Source: Sphingomonadales bacterium
GTDB lineage: Bacteria > Pseudomonadota > Alphaproteobacteria > Sphingomonadales > Sphingomonadaceae
Length of the DNA stretch: 64,000 nucleotides
Assembly: GCA_031430995.1 (NCBI GenBank)
Contig: JANPCO010000131.1
Span: 25,155 to 89,154, forward strand
Direction: 5' to 3'
Shown here: positions 55,460 to 64,000 of the stretch, piece by piece
How the letters are laid out: each line of letters starts with the position of its first letter
How positions within the stretch are numbered: the stretch's first letter is position 1
Program-made: the position numbers and the translations under genes
The notes under the pieces: generated by a model
Database searches by the model: none
Seen by the model: the letters and a program-made list of their open reading frames with translations, nothing else
What the model was told of the DNA's origin: nothing

Positions 55460-56124
55460 TCCGTATTGGCCTTACCGGGTCCATTGGCATGGGAAAGTCC
55501 GCAGTGTCTGCCATGTTCGCTCAGCTGGGGGTGCCTATGTTTGACGCTGACGCAGAAGTGCACCGGCTGCAAGGCCCCGGAGGTGCGCTTGTATCCGCGA
55601 TTGAAGCACGCTTTCCAGGCTCAACGAGCGAGCGAGGCGTCGACCGGCAGAAACTGGGGCCCCTGGTGCTTGGGCAACCTGCCGAATTGCGGGCGCTGGA
55701 ACAGATCACCCACCCCGTTGTCGCCGCATCGCGCCAGGCCTTTCTGCAGCGGTTCCGGTCAAGGCCTGTGGTGGTGCTTGATATTCCGCTGCTGTTTGAA
55801 AAATCCCCGAAGCGCGCGGCAAAACGCAAGGCCCAGCGCCAAGTCGATTTAATCGTTACTGTGTCGGCACCGGGTTGGATGCAGGCCAAGCGTGTGATGC
55901 GCAGGCGGGGGATGACAGCAATGAAACTCAAGCAGATTCGCGCGCTGCAAGTGCCAGACCGGGCCAAACGCCGCCGGGCAGATATCATCATTGAAACCGG
56001 CGGTCTTAGAATCGAAACATATCGCGCCGTTGTGCGTCTGGTCACTTGTATTCAGTCAGGGAAAGGCGGATACTCATCGAACGATGAGAGAAATTGTCTT
56101 CGACACCGAAACGACGGGGCTTAG
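55456..56124 (+). CDS. coaE: Dephospho-CoA kinase
   Basis: It has the IGLTGSIGMGKS P-loop. Its 3' end overlaps dnaQ by 41 nt. Confidence 0.85.
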   Translation: MIRIGLTGSIGMGKSAVSAMFAQLGVPMFDADAEVHRLQGPGGALVSAIEARFPGSTSERGVDRQKLGPLVLGQPAELRALEQITHPVVAASRQAFLQRFRSRPVVVLDIPLLFEKSPKRAAKRKAQRQVDLIVTVSAPGWMQAKRVMRRRGMTAMKLKQIRALQVPDRAKRRRADIIIETGGLRIETYRAVVRLVTCIQSGKGGYSSNDERNCLRHRNDGA

Positions 56125-56812
56125 CCCAGCAAATGGCGACCGGATGGTCGAAATTGGCTGCCTCGAAATGGTCAATCGGGTGGAAACGGGTCGCAGTTTC
56201 CACGCCTATTTCAATCCAGAACGCCCAATGGACCCCGCAGCTTTTGCTGTGCACGGTCTGTCAGATTCTTTTCTGGCCGATAAAAAGCTGTTCGGCGATC
56301 ATGTGGAGGATCTGCTTGATTTTATCGAGGATTCTCCGCTCGTTGCTCATAACGCAAGCTTTGATTTCGCATTTCTGAACGCTGAAATGGATGGATGCGG
56401 CCGCCTGCGAGTTCCAATGACGCGGATGGTGGATACACTGGCACTGGCGCGCAGCAAATTTCCCGGCGCTAAACATAGCCTAGACGCACTTTGCACACGC
56501 TACGGCGTTGATCGAAGCCACCGAGTCAACCACGGCGCACTGCTAGACGCACAACTCCTCGCCCAGATTTATGTCGAACTGACGGGCGGGCGGCAAATTG
56601 GCTTGGGTCTTGATGTTGCTAGACGCCCGCAGAGTTTTCCAGTGGGGGCTAGCGGATCTGGCTTTCGTTCAGCTCCTCGTCCGGCGCGTGCGCATAGTGC
56701 CAGCGCCGATGAACTTGAACGCCACAGCCAGTTCATTGCTCAACTCAAAGATCCGCTCTGGCTTTCTGGCGATCTGCCCGAAGTCGATGACATTGCCCAA
56801 AGCGCAGGCTAG
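56084..56812 (+). CDS. dnaQ: DNA polymerase III epsilon subunit (proofreading exonuclease)
   Basis: It has ExoI FDTETTGL, ExoII HNASFDFAFL and an ExoIII H...D region. Confidence 0.9.
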   Translation: MREIVFDTETTGLSPANGDRMVEIGCLEMVNRVETGRSFHAYFNPERPMDPAAFAVHGLSDSFLADKKLFGDHVEDLLDFIEDSPLVAHNASFDFAFLNAEMDGCGRLRVPMTRMVDTLALARSKFPGAKHSLDALCTRYGVDRSHRVNHGALLDAQLLAQIYVELTGGRQIGLGLDVARRPQSFPVGASGSGFRSAPRPARAHSASADELERHSQFIAQLKDPLWLSGDLPEVDDIAQSAG

Positions 56813-56843
56813 TGCGCCTGCGCCTTTTAGAAGGAGTTTGCCC

Positions 56844-57410
56844 ATGGACATTCGTGTTTCCGGCCACCAAGTTGACACGGGCGAGGCACTGAAAACTCAT
56901 GTTGAGACGCGCCTTCAAGGAATAGCGGACAAATATTTTTCGCGCGCCCTTTCCGCTCATGTCACTTTTGGCCGGGGTCCCCATGATCACGGATTTTCCT
57001 GCGATATCATAGCGCACGTGATGCAAGGGGTTGTCTTGAAAGCAAGTGGAAGCGGGCAGGAAGCTCATCCATCGTTCGACGGCGCGGCGGAAAAGGTTGA
57101 AAAACAGTTGCGACGCTATATGCGCCGCCTCAAAGATAAGACGGGCAACGCGGCTGCTGCTGCAAAAGCGGAAGACAATGCCGCTTACACGGTGTTTTCG
57201 GGCAGCGACGACGAAGAAGAGGTGGCGGATAATCCTCCGATCATTGCGGAAACGCGTGTCGACGTGCCCGAAGCGAGCGTGTCAGACGCAGTGATGATGC
57301 TGGATTTAAGGCACACCAACGCACTTTTATTTCGCAACAGCGGAACAGGAGCGCATAATATGGTTTATCGTCGGGGGGACGGCACGATTGGGTGGGTAGA
57401 GCCGCACTAA
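56844..57410 (+). CDS. hpf: Ribosome hibernation promoting factor (long form)
   Basis: The N-terminus reads MDIRVSGHQVDTGEALKTHV. An aaggag RBS lies 7 nt upstream. A C-terminal dimerisation-type domain is present. Confidence 0.85.
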   Translation: MDIRVSGHQVDTGEALKTHVETRLQGIADKYFSRALSAHVTFGRGPHDHGFSCDIIAHVMQGVVLKASGSGQEAHPSFDGAAEKVEKQLRRYMRRLKDKTGNAAAAAKAEDNAAYTVFSGSDDEEEVADNPPIIAETRVDVPEASVSDAVMMLDLRHTNALLFRNSGTGAHNMVYRRGDGTIGWVEPH

Positions 57411-57454
57411 GCGCGGGCTTCCGTTCTGATCGACATAAGAAAGAAACAGGTTTT

Positions 57455-57922
57455 ATGAATAGTCTTGCTGAACTGCTCAGCGAAGGGGCTGTATCTGCGG
57501 GTTTGACCGTGGCAGGCAAAAAGCCGTTGCTGAGCCTGTTGGCGCAGGGGGCCGCGCGCGAATACGGCCTTGATGCGCAGGATGTTGTTGAACGGCTCAC
57601 GGAGCGGGAACGCCTGGGGTCCACCGGTTTTGGGGGTGGCATTGCAATACCGCACGGAAAAATCGCCGGGCTTGATCATATTGTTGCGCTTTGCATTCAT
57701 CTGGCACAGCCAATCGATTTTCAGGCGATTGATGATATGCCTGTTGATCTTGTGTTTTGCCTGCTGTCGCCGCCTGATGCCGGGGCTGATCATTTGAAGG
57801 CGTTGGCGATGGTCAGCCGCTGGCTGCGCGATCCAGCCTTCGTCGCCAAATTGCGCGGTGCCGGGTCGTCCGATGCGGCCATGGCCGTGATTGCTGGCAC
57901 ACGGGTTCGCGATGCTGCCTGA
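57455..57922 (+). CDS. ptsN: Nitrogen-related PTS component EIIA-Ntr
   Basis: It has the GFGGGIAIPHGK active-site His region. Confidence 0.85.
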   Translation: MNSLAELLSEGAVSAGLTVAGKKPLLSLLAQGAAREYGLDAQDVVERLTERERLGSTGFGGGIAIPHGKIAGLDHIVALCIHLAQPIDFQAIDDMPVDLVFCLLSPPDAGADHLKALAMVSRWLRDPAFVAKLRGAGSSDAAMAVIAGTRVRDAA

Positions 57923-58403
57923 CAGGGCTGGGGAAGCTGAACAGCTCTCCAGCCCGATTCCGATTCCTGGCCATTTCCGCAGGCTCGAAGCGCTTTACGC
58001 TACAGCGCGCGTCAACCAGTCTTATTGCTCAACGATGGATATTCCAAAAGGCGGGCACTGCTGCATCCGCTTCATTGTGGATGAAGGGCATTATCACGCG
58101 GCAGGCGCTGTGCACGGCTCTGCCTATTTCAAAATGCTTGATGATGCCGCATTTTACGCGGCCAATAGTCTTGTTCCTGACCGGTTTTTGCTGACCACGG
58201 CCTTTAATCTGTTTTTTACTCGGCCCCTGAAAGCCGGGCCAGTCGTCGCTGAAGGCCGCTGGGTCAGCGGTCGCAAGCGCGTGTTTATTGCTGAGGCTCG
58301 GCTGATTGACGGCGACGGTGAAGAAGCCGCGCGCGGCACTGGCACGTTCATGCGCTCCGGCATTTCTCTGTCAGACCTTGCTGGTTACAACAGCACATCA
58401 TGA
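57912..58403 (+). CDS. Hotdog-fold (PaaI-like) thioesterase
   Basis: The stretch HYHAAGAVHGSAYFKMLDDAAFYA and the protein length fit this fold. The start is uncertain (57891 or 57912). Confidence 0.6.
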   Translation: MLPDRAGEAEQLSSPIPIPGHFRRLEALYATARVNQSYCSTMDIPKGGHCCIRFIVDEGHYHAAGAVHGSAYFKMLDDAAFYAANSLVPDRFLLTTAFNLFFTRPLKAGPVVAEGRWVSGRKRVFIAEARLIDGDGEEAARGTGTFMRSGISLSDLAGYNSTS

Positions 58404-58741
58404 CAACGCGACTCGCCAGCGGACTGATTGTTTCGGCCCTCATTCGCAAAACCGAAGGCGAAGGCGGCCATGCCATGGTGCTGGCCAAAGGAGAGGCCAC
58501 GGCTGGTGCGATTCTCATCCTGCTCAGCGAAAAAGGACGCAATATCGGGCTTTATGAGCGCATCTTGACGGGAGAAGGGGCCTATCGCTGGGGACGAGTC
58601 GGATCACAAGATATTGATAACCCACAAGATTATGACAGTTTTATTCAGCGCCGCCGCAGCTTTGATCCTGATATCTGGGTGATTGAACTGGACGTCCCGT
58701 CAGGGGAACGGCTCATCGCTGAAATCATGGGCGATGATTGA
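58400..58741 (+). CDS. DUF1491-family protein
   Basis: The ~113-aa size and the C-terminal FDPDIWVIELD pattern match my memory of this alphaproteobacterial family. Confidence 0.6.
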   Translation: MTTRLASGLIVSALIRKTEGEGGHAMVLAKGEATAGAILILLSEKGRNIGLYERILTGEGAYRWGRVGSQDIDNPQDYDSFIQRRRSFDPDIWVIELDVPSGERLIAEIMGDD

Positions 58742-58906
58742 CTTTGGTGCGCTGCAACAAGACAGCTACGCCACGCACAGCATAGCTCTGTTGTCGCCTG
58801 CGCGTTTATGCAGGAATTGGACAGGGACGCAGACGGGGGAAGATCGCAAGGGCCGGAGTGAAGGGCTGCTTGAATTGATCGACTTTCCGCACAGATAAGA
58901 TTTTCA

Positions 58907-59551
58907 ATGTCGACTTTTTTGAAAGCTGCTGTTGCAGCTGCCTCGTTCACGACCCTCGCTGCTGTTGCCGCCTTTGTGAGCAGCAGCGCAGTCACTGCCA
59001 GTGATCTTCCCGATCGCGTAGATTCGGCTCTTTTGCCCCAATCCGTGATCGAAGCAGCGATTGCTGAACAATCCACCATTCCAGACCGTGTCGATGTGCC
59101 CGGTGGTGCAGTTCCCGCTGACTTGGGCCGCACACGCGTCGCGACATTAAGCGCGCTTGTTGCCCAGCATAACGGCACGCAGGCTGAGGGCAGCGAAGCG
59201 GAATGCCTTGCCGCTGCGGTCTATTTCGAATCCAAAGGCGAACCGCTGGTTGGGCAACTCGCGGTTGCAGAAGTCATTCTCAATCGCGCCAGATCAGGCC
59301 GGTTCGCATCCAGTATTTGCGGCGTTGTGAAACAACCGGGGCAGTTTTCATTCGTGCGCGCTGGCGGGTTTCCCCCCATTGCACGAGGCAGCCGGGGCTG
59401 GCGCGAAGCTGTGGCGGTTGCCAAAGTTGCGCAGGACAAGTCCTGGGCCAGTGGCGTTGGCAAAGCATTATTCTTTCACGCCAACCATGTCTCACCGGGA
59501 TGGCGGCTGACGCGCGTCGCGGCGTTGGGCAATCATATCTTCTATCGCTGA
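58907..59551 (+). CDS. SleB-type cell wall hydrolase
   Basis: It has a signal peptide and the stretch AAAVYFESKGEPLVGQLAVAEVILNR...VVKQPGQFSF. Confidence 0.8.
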   Translation: MSTFLKAAVAAASFTTLAAVAAFVSSSAVTASDLPDRVDSALLPQSVIEAAIAEQSTIPDRVDVPGGAVPADLGRTRVATLSALVAQHNGTQAEGSEAECLAAAVYFESKGEPLVGQLAVAEVILNRARSGRFASSICGVVKQPGQFSFVRAGGFPPIARGSRGWREAVAVAKVAQDKSWASGVGKALFFHANHVSPGWRLTRVAALGNHIFYR

Positions 59552-59574
59552 CATCAATCGGCTAACCCCCGCCA

Positions 59575-60036
59575 ATGGCCGGGGATGTTGATCCACTGAT
59601 TGCAGCAGATGTTGTGCGGGGAACTGCGCGGCTTTTGCTGCGCCATGACTGGATGGCCATGGTCGAAGTGCCACTGGCCAATGGCAGGCGCGCTGACCTG
59701 ATGGCACTTTGCCCCAAAGGCAGCATCACGATCATCGAGGTGAAGGTTTCCCGGGCGGATTTGCTGGGTGACGGTAAGTGGCCGGATTATCTTGGTTATT
59801 GTGACCGCTATTTCTGGGCCGTGCCGCAGGGGTTTGATCTGACGCTGTTTGATCGACCGGCGTTGATGCCGGAACGGGCGGGGCTGATCGTGGCTGACCG
59901 TTATGATGCCGTTATCGTGCGGGGTGCTGTTGATACGCCACTGGCCGCAGCGCGGCGCAGGGTAGAAACACTGCGGTTCGCACGTCGCGGGGCAGCGCGA
60001 CTGATGTACGGAGTGCAAGGAGAGCAATCGCTTTAG
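59575..60036 (+). CDS. MmcB-family DNA repair protein (PD-(D/E)XK-like)
   Basis: The protein contains EVPLANGRRADLMAL...IIEVKVSRADL...YCDRYFWAVP. Confidence 0.7.
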   Translation: MAGDVDPLIAADVVRGTARLLLRHDWMAMVEVPLANGRRADLMALCPKGSITIIEVKVSRADLLGDGKWPDYLGYCDRYFWAVPQGFDLTLFDRPALMPERAGLIVADRYDAVIVRGAVDTPLAAARRRVETLRFARRGAARLMYGVQGEQSL

Positions 60037-60099
60037 GTCTCTCGTGCTCCGCGTTAAGGCTCTCCTGAGCTTAGCCGAAGGGCCCGGACAACGGCGAAA

Positions 60100-60900
60100 C
60101 TATCGTCCTCCGGCCCCCGTCAATGCCTCAACCAGCGCCTTTACCTTTTTCTGCCGCCACTGCGGCAACGGCGCAATTAACCAATAGGCTTGATGGTGCG
60201 GCTTGGCATTGTCGACAGCGCGCACTCGGCCTGCGGCTAAATCGCTTTCGACCAGCAAATGCGGCACAGTCGCGCGGCCAAACCCGCTGGCGGCAGCATC
60301 AATTGCCAGGCCAGCATCGGAAACACGCAGCGTCGCGCCTTCTTCATCGCCTGGCCCACCCCAGGCAATGCGCGTATCGCCACTGCCCTTGGGTCCCTCA
60401 ACGGTGACCATTGCGCCTTCGGCCAGCCGCACGCCTTCATGAGTGCCTGGCCCGTCGGCAAGGCGGATCGCAAGATCAAGATTAGCTTCGGTAAAATCCA
60501 GTTCGCCTTCGCCGGCCACCAGTATGAAGCGCAATTCAGGGTCGCTTCTTCCAAATTTAGCAAGCTGGGGGGCAAGCCATTTGGCAGTAAAATCCCGCGG
60601 GGCAGCAATGGTCAGTGACTTTGATGATTGACCGGCCTGCATCATTTGCACTGCGTCTTCAAATTGCAGGAAACCTGCCCGTAAAGCGTCCAGCCCTGCA
60701 CCAGCTTCCGGCGTCAATTCCAGCCCTTTGGGGGCGCGGCGGAACAAGACAACGCCCAGCACATCTTCAAGCGCCCGGATCTGCTGTCCAACAGCGGCTG
60801 GCGTCACGGCCAGTTCATCAGCGGCCCGGGTGAAGCTTAAATGCCGAGCCGCAGCGTCAAACACGCGCAGGCCGTTCAAAGGCAGCAGTGTTCGTTTCAC
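60100..60900 (-). CDS. LysR-family transcriptional regulator (GcvA-like, short)
   Basis: The N-terminal HTH region reads LNGLRVFDAAARHLSFTRAADELAVTPAAVGQQIRALE. Confidence 0.85.
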   Translation of the reverse strand: MKRTLLPLNGLRVFDAAARHLSFTRAADELAVTPAAVGQQIRALEDVLGVVLFRRAPKGLELTPEAGAGLDALRAGFLQFEDAVQMMQAGQSSKSLTIAAPRDFTAKWLAPQLAKFGRSDPELRFILVAGEGELDFTEANLDLAIRLADGPGTHEGVRLAEGAMVTVEGPKGSGDTRIAWGGPGDEEGATLRVSDAGLAIDAAASGFGRATVPHLLVESDLAAGRVRAVDNAKPHHQAYWLIAPLPQWRQKKVKALVEALTGAGGR

Positions 60901-61298
60901 CCTTTCACGCCGTCCGCATGGAGCGCGAAACGAGGCACAGCCACATCAAAATGCGCCCCGTCCTCACTGATCATCTGGTAACTGCCAGCCATAGTGCCCG
61001 TTGGCGTCATCAGCGGGCAGCCAGAAACATAGTCATAAGACCCGCCGGGGCGAATCACAGGCTGATCACCGACGACACCTTCGCCGTCGATGATGCTTTT
61101 GGCCCCGCGCGCATCGGTGATTTCCCAGTGGCGTGTCAGCAATTGCGCGGTTTGATCGCTGTGGTTCTCAATCCGGATATGATAAGCCCAAAACCAGCGG
61201 CTATGGCCCGGCTCTGATTGTTCGGGCATGTAATTGACAGCCACGCGCACCGTGAACCCGTCCGTGACGGCGGAGTAAGGAAAAAATGCGCCCATCAT
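60897..61298 (-). CDS. apaG: ApaG (DUF525) protein
   Basis: The protein contains WAYHIRIENHSDQTAQLLTRHWEITDARG...GEGVVGDQP. Confidence 0.85.
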   Translation of the reverse strand: MMGAFFPYSAVTDGFTVRVAVNYMPEQSEPGHSRWFWAYHIRIENHSDQTAQLLTRHWEITDARGAKSIIDGEGVVGDQPVIRPGGSYDYVSGCPLMTPTGTMAGSYQMISEDGAHFDVAVPRFALHADGVKG

Positions 61299-62503
61299 AA
61301 TCCTGCGCCTATCAAAGCCTGATCCAGATCAGCGATCAGATCGATCGGGTCTTCCAGCCCGACGTTGATGCGGATCAATCCTTCAACAACGCCCATCGCT
61401 TCGCGCGCTTCGGGGCCGACGCTGTGGTGAGTGGAGGACGCAGGGTGACACATCAAGCTGCGGGCATCGCCGATATTATTCGAGATATCAATAAGCTGCA
61501 GCTCGTTGAGCAATTTATGCGCCTGCGCGCGACCACCGTCGACGATCAGCGAAAAAATCGGCCCGCACGCATCCATCTGGCTCATGGCCAAATTGTGCTG
61601 CGGATGGCTTGGCAAGCCAGGATGAAGCATGGTCATCACGCGGTCTTGCAGGAAATTGCCGACCTTCACGGCGTTCTCTGATTGGCGTTTGGCCCGCAGA
61701 TCCAGTGTCTCCAGCCCCTTATGCACCACCCAGGCGTTGAACGGGGAAAGGTTGGGGCCAGTATTGCGCTGAAACGGCAGCAGCTTTTCGTTGATAAAAG
61801 CGTGCGATCCGCAGACTGCGCCCGCCAATACGCGCCCCTGCCCCTCCATCAGTTTGGTGGCAGAATAAGCAATCACATCCGCGCCAAATTCCATCGGGCG
61901 TTGAAGGGCCGCCGTTGCAAAGGCATTGTCGACGACTGTCGTAATCCCGTGCGCTTTGGCCAGCGCGCAAACGGCCCGCAGATCAACAATATCCATCGTC
62001 GGGTTGGCAGGCGTTTCAAAGAAAAACACTTTGGTGTTGGGCCGGATCGCGCGTTCCCATTCGCCGGTTTCGCGGCTGTCGATCGTGGTGGTTTCAATCC
62101 CGAATTTGGGCAGCAAACTGTCTGTCAGCCAGCGGCATGACCCAAAGGCCGCGCGCGCCGCAACAACATGATCGCCCATTTGCAACTGGCACAGCAACGC
62201 CGCTGTCATCGCCGCCATGCCTGTGGCTTGGGTGCGGCAGGCATCTGCCCCTTCCATCAGGGCAATACGTTCCTCCAGCATCGCAACTGTCGGGTTTTGC
62301 AAGCGGGAATAGGTCATCCCGTCCTGATCCCCGGCAAAGCGCGCCGCGACCGTTTCGGCATTGTCATAGGTAAATCCTGATGACAGAAACAGCGCTTCGG
62401 ACGTTTCGCCGTGTTCCGTGCGCCACGTGCCGCCGCGCACGGCCTGCGTTGCGGGCTGCCATGTGCTTGTTATGGAGCGGTCAAGACCAGTATTTTTCTT
62501 CAT
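61295..62503 (-). CDS. metZ: O-succinylhomoserine sulfhydrylase (PLP-dependent, Cys/Met metabolism family)
   Basis: It has the YSATKLMEGQGR lysine motif. The start was moved to the ATG at 62503 (MKKNTGLDRS). Confidence 0.8.
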   Translation of the reverse strand: MKKNTGLDRSITSTWQPATQAVRGGTWRTEHGETSEALFLSSGFTYDNAETVAARFAGDQDGMTYSRLQNPTVAMLEERIALMEGADACRTQATGMAAMTAALLCQLQMGDHVVAARAAFGSCRWLTDSLLPKFGIETTTIDSRETGEWERAIRPNTKVFFFETPANPTMDIVDLRAVCALAKAHGITTVVDNAFATAALQRPMEFGADVIAYSATKLMEGQGRVLAGAVCGSHAFINEKLLPFQRNTGPNLSPFNAWVVHKGLETLDLRAKRQSENAVKVGNFLQDRVMTMLHPGLPSHPQHNLAMSQMDACGPIFSLIVDGGRAQAHKLLNELQLIDISNNIGDARSLMCHPASSTHHSVGPEAREAMGVVEGLIRINVGLEDPIDLIADLDQALIGAGL

Positions 62504-62603
62504 GAAAGCGCTTTGCCTTGGGGAAGGGGGCAAGGTCAACCAGCAAGCCCGCAATTGCAGTCATGCACACGTTCTGCTATGCCGTGGCAGAAGGGAATGG
62601 CAG

Positions 62604-62852
62604 ATGCGCAATCTGAACATTAAAAGTGATGAGGCTTATGATATCGCTCATTTCATCGCCAAACAGCGAGGCCAAAGCCTCACACAGGCCGTTACTGAGG
62701 CGTTGCAACGTGAAAAGCGAGCAATGACGGCCGAAGAAAAGATCGCAAAGGGGATGGCTATTGCTGCTGAGGCGAGCCAGCATTGGAAAGAGCCTTGGAA
62801 ATCCAAGGATCACGGCGATTTGCTCTATGATGAAAATGGCCTGCCTAAGTGA
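62604..62852 (+). CDS. vapB: VapB-type antitoxin (Rv0623/PSK-like)
   Basis: It is an 82-aa protein reading MRNLNIKSDEAYDIAHFIAKQRGQSLTQAVTEAL. It overlaps the downstream PIN gene by 4 nt. Confidence 0.7.
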   Translation: MRNLNIKSDEAYDIAHFIAKQRGQSLTQAVTEALQREKRAMTAEEKIAKGMAIAAEASQHWKEPWKSKDHGDLLYDENGLPK

Positions 62853-63241
62853 TCGTTGACACATCGGTGTTGGTGACCATTTTAAAAGCAGAGGAACGAT
62901 TTGAAACCTACGTCCGCCTTCTGGCAACGACTGGCCCTAACTTCATGTCGGCGAGCACTCGCTTGGAGGCATCAGTCGTGGCTTTGCGCAGCGAATGGCC
63001 CGATATGGCTGCTCGATTGAGCGCGCTCATTGAGACCTACGAGATACAGATTTTGCCTTTTACGGAAAGCCAGTCCCTTATCGCGAGCGAGGCTTACCGC
63101 CTGTTCGGCAAAGGCAGCGGCCATCCGGCCAAGCTGAACTTTGGGGATTGTTTTGCTTATGCCCTGGCGAAGGACAAAGGCGAGCCGCTGTTGTTCAAAG
63201 GCGATGATTTCGCACAGACTGATGTCGCGTCAGCGCTCTAG
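62849..63241 (+). CDS. vapC: PIN-domain VapC toxin
   Basis: It has MIVDTSVLV, an ...E... acidic position, GDCFAYALA and FKGDDF. It starts with GTG. Confidence 0.8.
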   Translation: MIVDTSVLVTILKAEERFETYVRLLATTGPNFMSASTRLEASVVALRSEWPDMAARLSALIETYEIQILPFTESQSLIASEAYRLFGKGSGHPAKLNFGDCFAYALAKDKGEPLLFKGDDFAQTDVASAL

Positions 63242-63245
63242 GATC

Positions 63246-64000
63246 TCAGCGCTTTAGGATTTCGGTCGCCACCCGCTCGCCTGCCTCTAGCGCGCCTTCG
63301 ACATAGCCAGTCCAGCGAGTCGCCGTTTCTGTGCCAGCCCAGTGAATGTGGCCCACTGGCGCCCGCAGAGCCGCACCAAAGCGCGTCCAGATGCCAGGGG
63401 GGGCATAGGCCGCGTAACATCCGCGTGACCAGCTTTCGGTGGTCCAATCCTGCTCCACATAGGCCAGCGGTGTGCTCGCTTTGGGGCCTAGCGAGCGGGT
63501 GAGGAGAGAAATGACTTCGTCGCGGCGCTCAGCCTCTGACCTTGGTGACCAGTGCGTGGCTTCAATGGCATCGAAAAAGCCCGCGATCAGCCCAGGTCCG
63601 CCGGGCGGTGACACGTCAAAGGCAGGGCTGAAGCCGCTGACATCGCTCGACAAAAAGCCATTCAGCCCCGCATCGCGCCAGAACGGCCGATCATAAGCAA
63701 TCCAGGCCTTGATCACGGACCCCATGGGCATCCGCTGGTGCAGGGCGTCGCGGGCATGGGGCAGAGCAGGGGTGAAGTGAATGGCACTGGCCAGCGGCGG
63801 GGCAATGGCGATGATGACGCGGCTGGCCAGATGGACGCCTTTGGCCGTCGTGACGCGCACACTGTCAGCATCCTGTTCAACCGCATGCACAGGCTCATCG
63901 TAGTGGATGCAATCGCCGAGTTCATCACCCAGCCGCTGTGCGACTTGGTGTAAGCCGCCTGCCACCATCAAATGCTGCGCGCCGCTGGCTTCAGCAGAAA
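63246..64000 (-). CDS. Flavin-containing amine oxidase family protein (N-terminus outside the window)
   Basis: The frame stays open to position 64000 (SAEASGAQHLMVAGGL...). The C-terminal HWAGTETATRWTGYVEGALEAG stretch is typical of monoamine oxidase-like flavoenzymes. Confidence 0.75.
   Translation of the reverse strand, partial: SAEASGAQHLMVAGGLHQVAQRLGDELGDCIHYDEPVHAVEQDADSVRVTTAKGVHLASRVIIAIAPPLASAIHFTPALPHARDALHQRMPMGSVIKAWIAYDRPFWRDAGLNGFLSSDVSGFSPAFDVSPPGGPGLIAGFFDAIEATHWSPRSEAERRDEVISLLTRSLGPKASTPLAYVEQDWTTESWSRGCYAAYAPPGIWTRFGAALRAPVGHIHWAGTETATRWTGYVEGALEAGERVATEILKR

Noticed and set aside
58742-58906. A 165-nt spacer upstream of the SleB-type hydrolase, considered as a possible riboswitch or sRNA.
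   Set aside because: I could find only weak, imperfect stems and no motif I recognise. It is more likely an ordinary promoter region.
1-64000. A window-wide search for tRNA/rRNA genes, CRISPR arrays, transposases, integrases and phage genes.
   Set aside because: No T-loop-like GGTTCGAAT-type motif in a tRNA-sized gap was found, and no array of regularly spaced direct repeats was seen. No translation resembles a DDE transposase, a tyrosine or serine recombinase or a reverse transcriptase.

Overview
This window looks like an origin-proximal piece of an alphaproteobacterial chromosome. The taxon call is inference from gene order and from alpha-restricted families (DUF1491, MmcB, HemJ, the DUF299 gene next to hemE); it is possibly Sphingomonadales-like. 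The window is densely coding and mostly housekeeping. Main gene sets, left to right:
- bkdA1-bkdA2-bkdB, dnaB, ftsY, mtaB, dapF, ffh.
- rpsP-rimM-[insert]-trmD-rplS, then asd, a marR-emrAB efflux operon and rplJL.
- rpmB, parAB-rsmG-mnmG-mnmE, rho, hemJ-hemE.
- A 334-bp non-coding gap that I call oriC, followed by DUF299-maf-aroE-coaE-dnaQ-hpf-ptsN, metZ-apaG and a second vapBC pair.

I found no rRNA, tRNA, CRISPR array, transposase or integrase.

The most unusual points:
1. A low-GC vapB-vapC-unknown ORF cassette sits inside the normally contiguous rimM-trmD junction and is coupled to trmD by start/stop overlaps.
2. Several families of nested palindromic repeats are present. Some are embedded in frame inside conserved genes (a trmD loop, the bkdB linker, the rimM N-terminus), reminiscent of Rickettsia palindromic elements.
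3. A two-gene envelope module of unknown function pairs a TPR plus beta-barrel outer-membrane protein with a secreted FecR-domain protein.
4. The candidate oriC carries perfect DnaA boxes, and three parS-like sites lie near parAB.

All homology calls come from reading the translations and from memory of the families; no database search was run.
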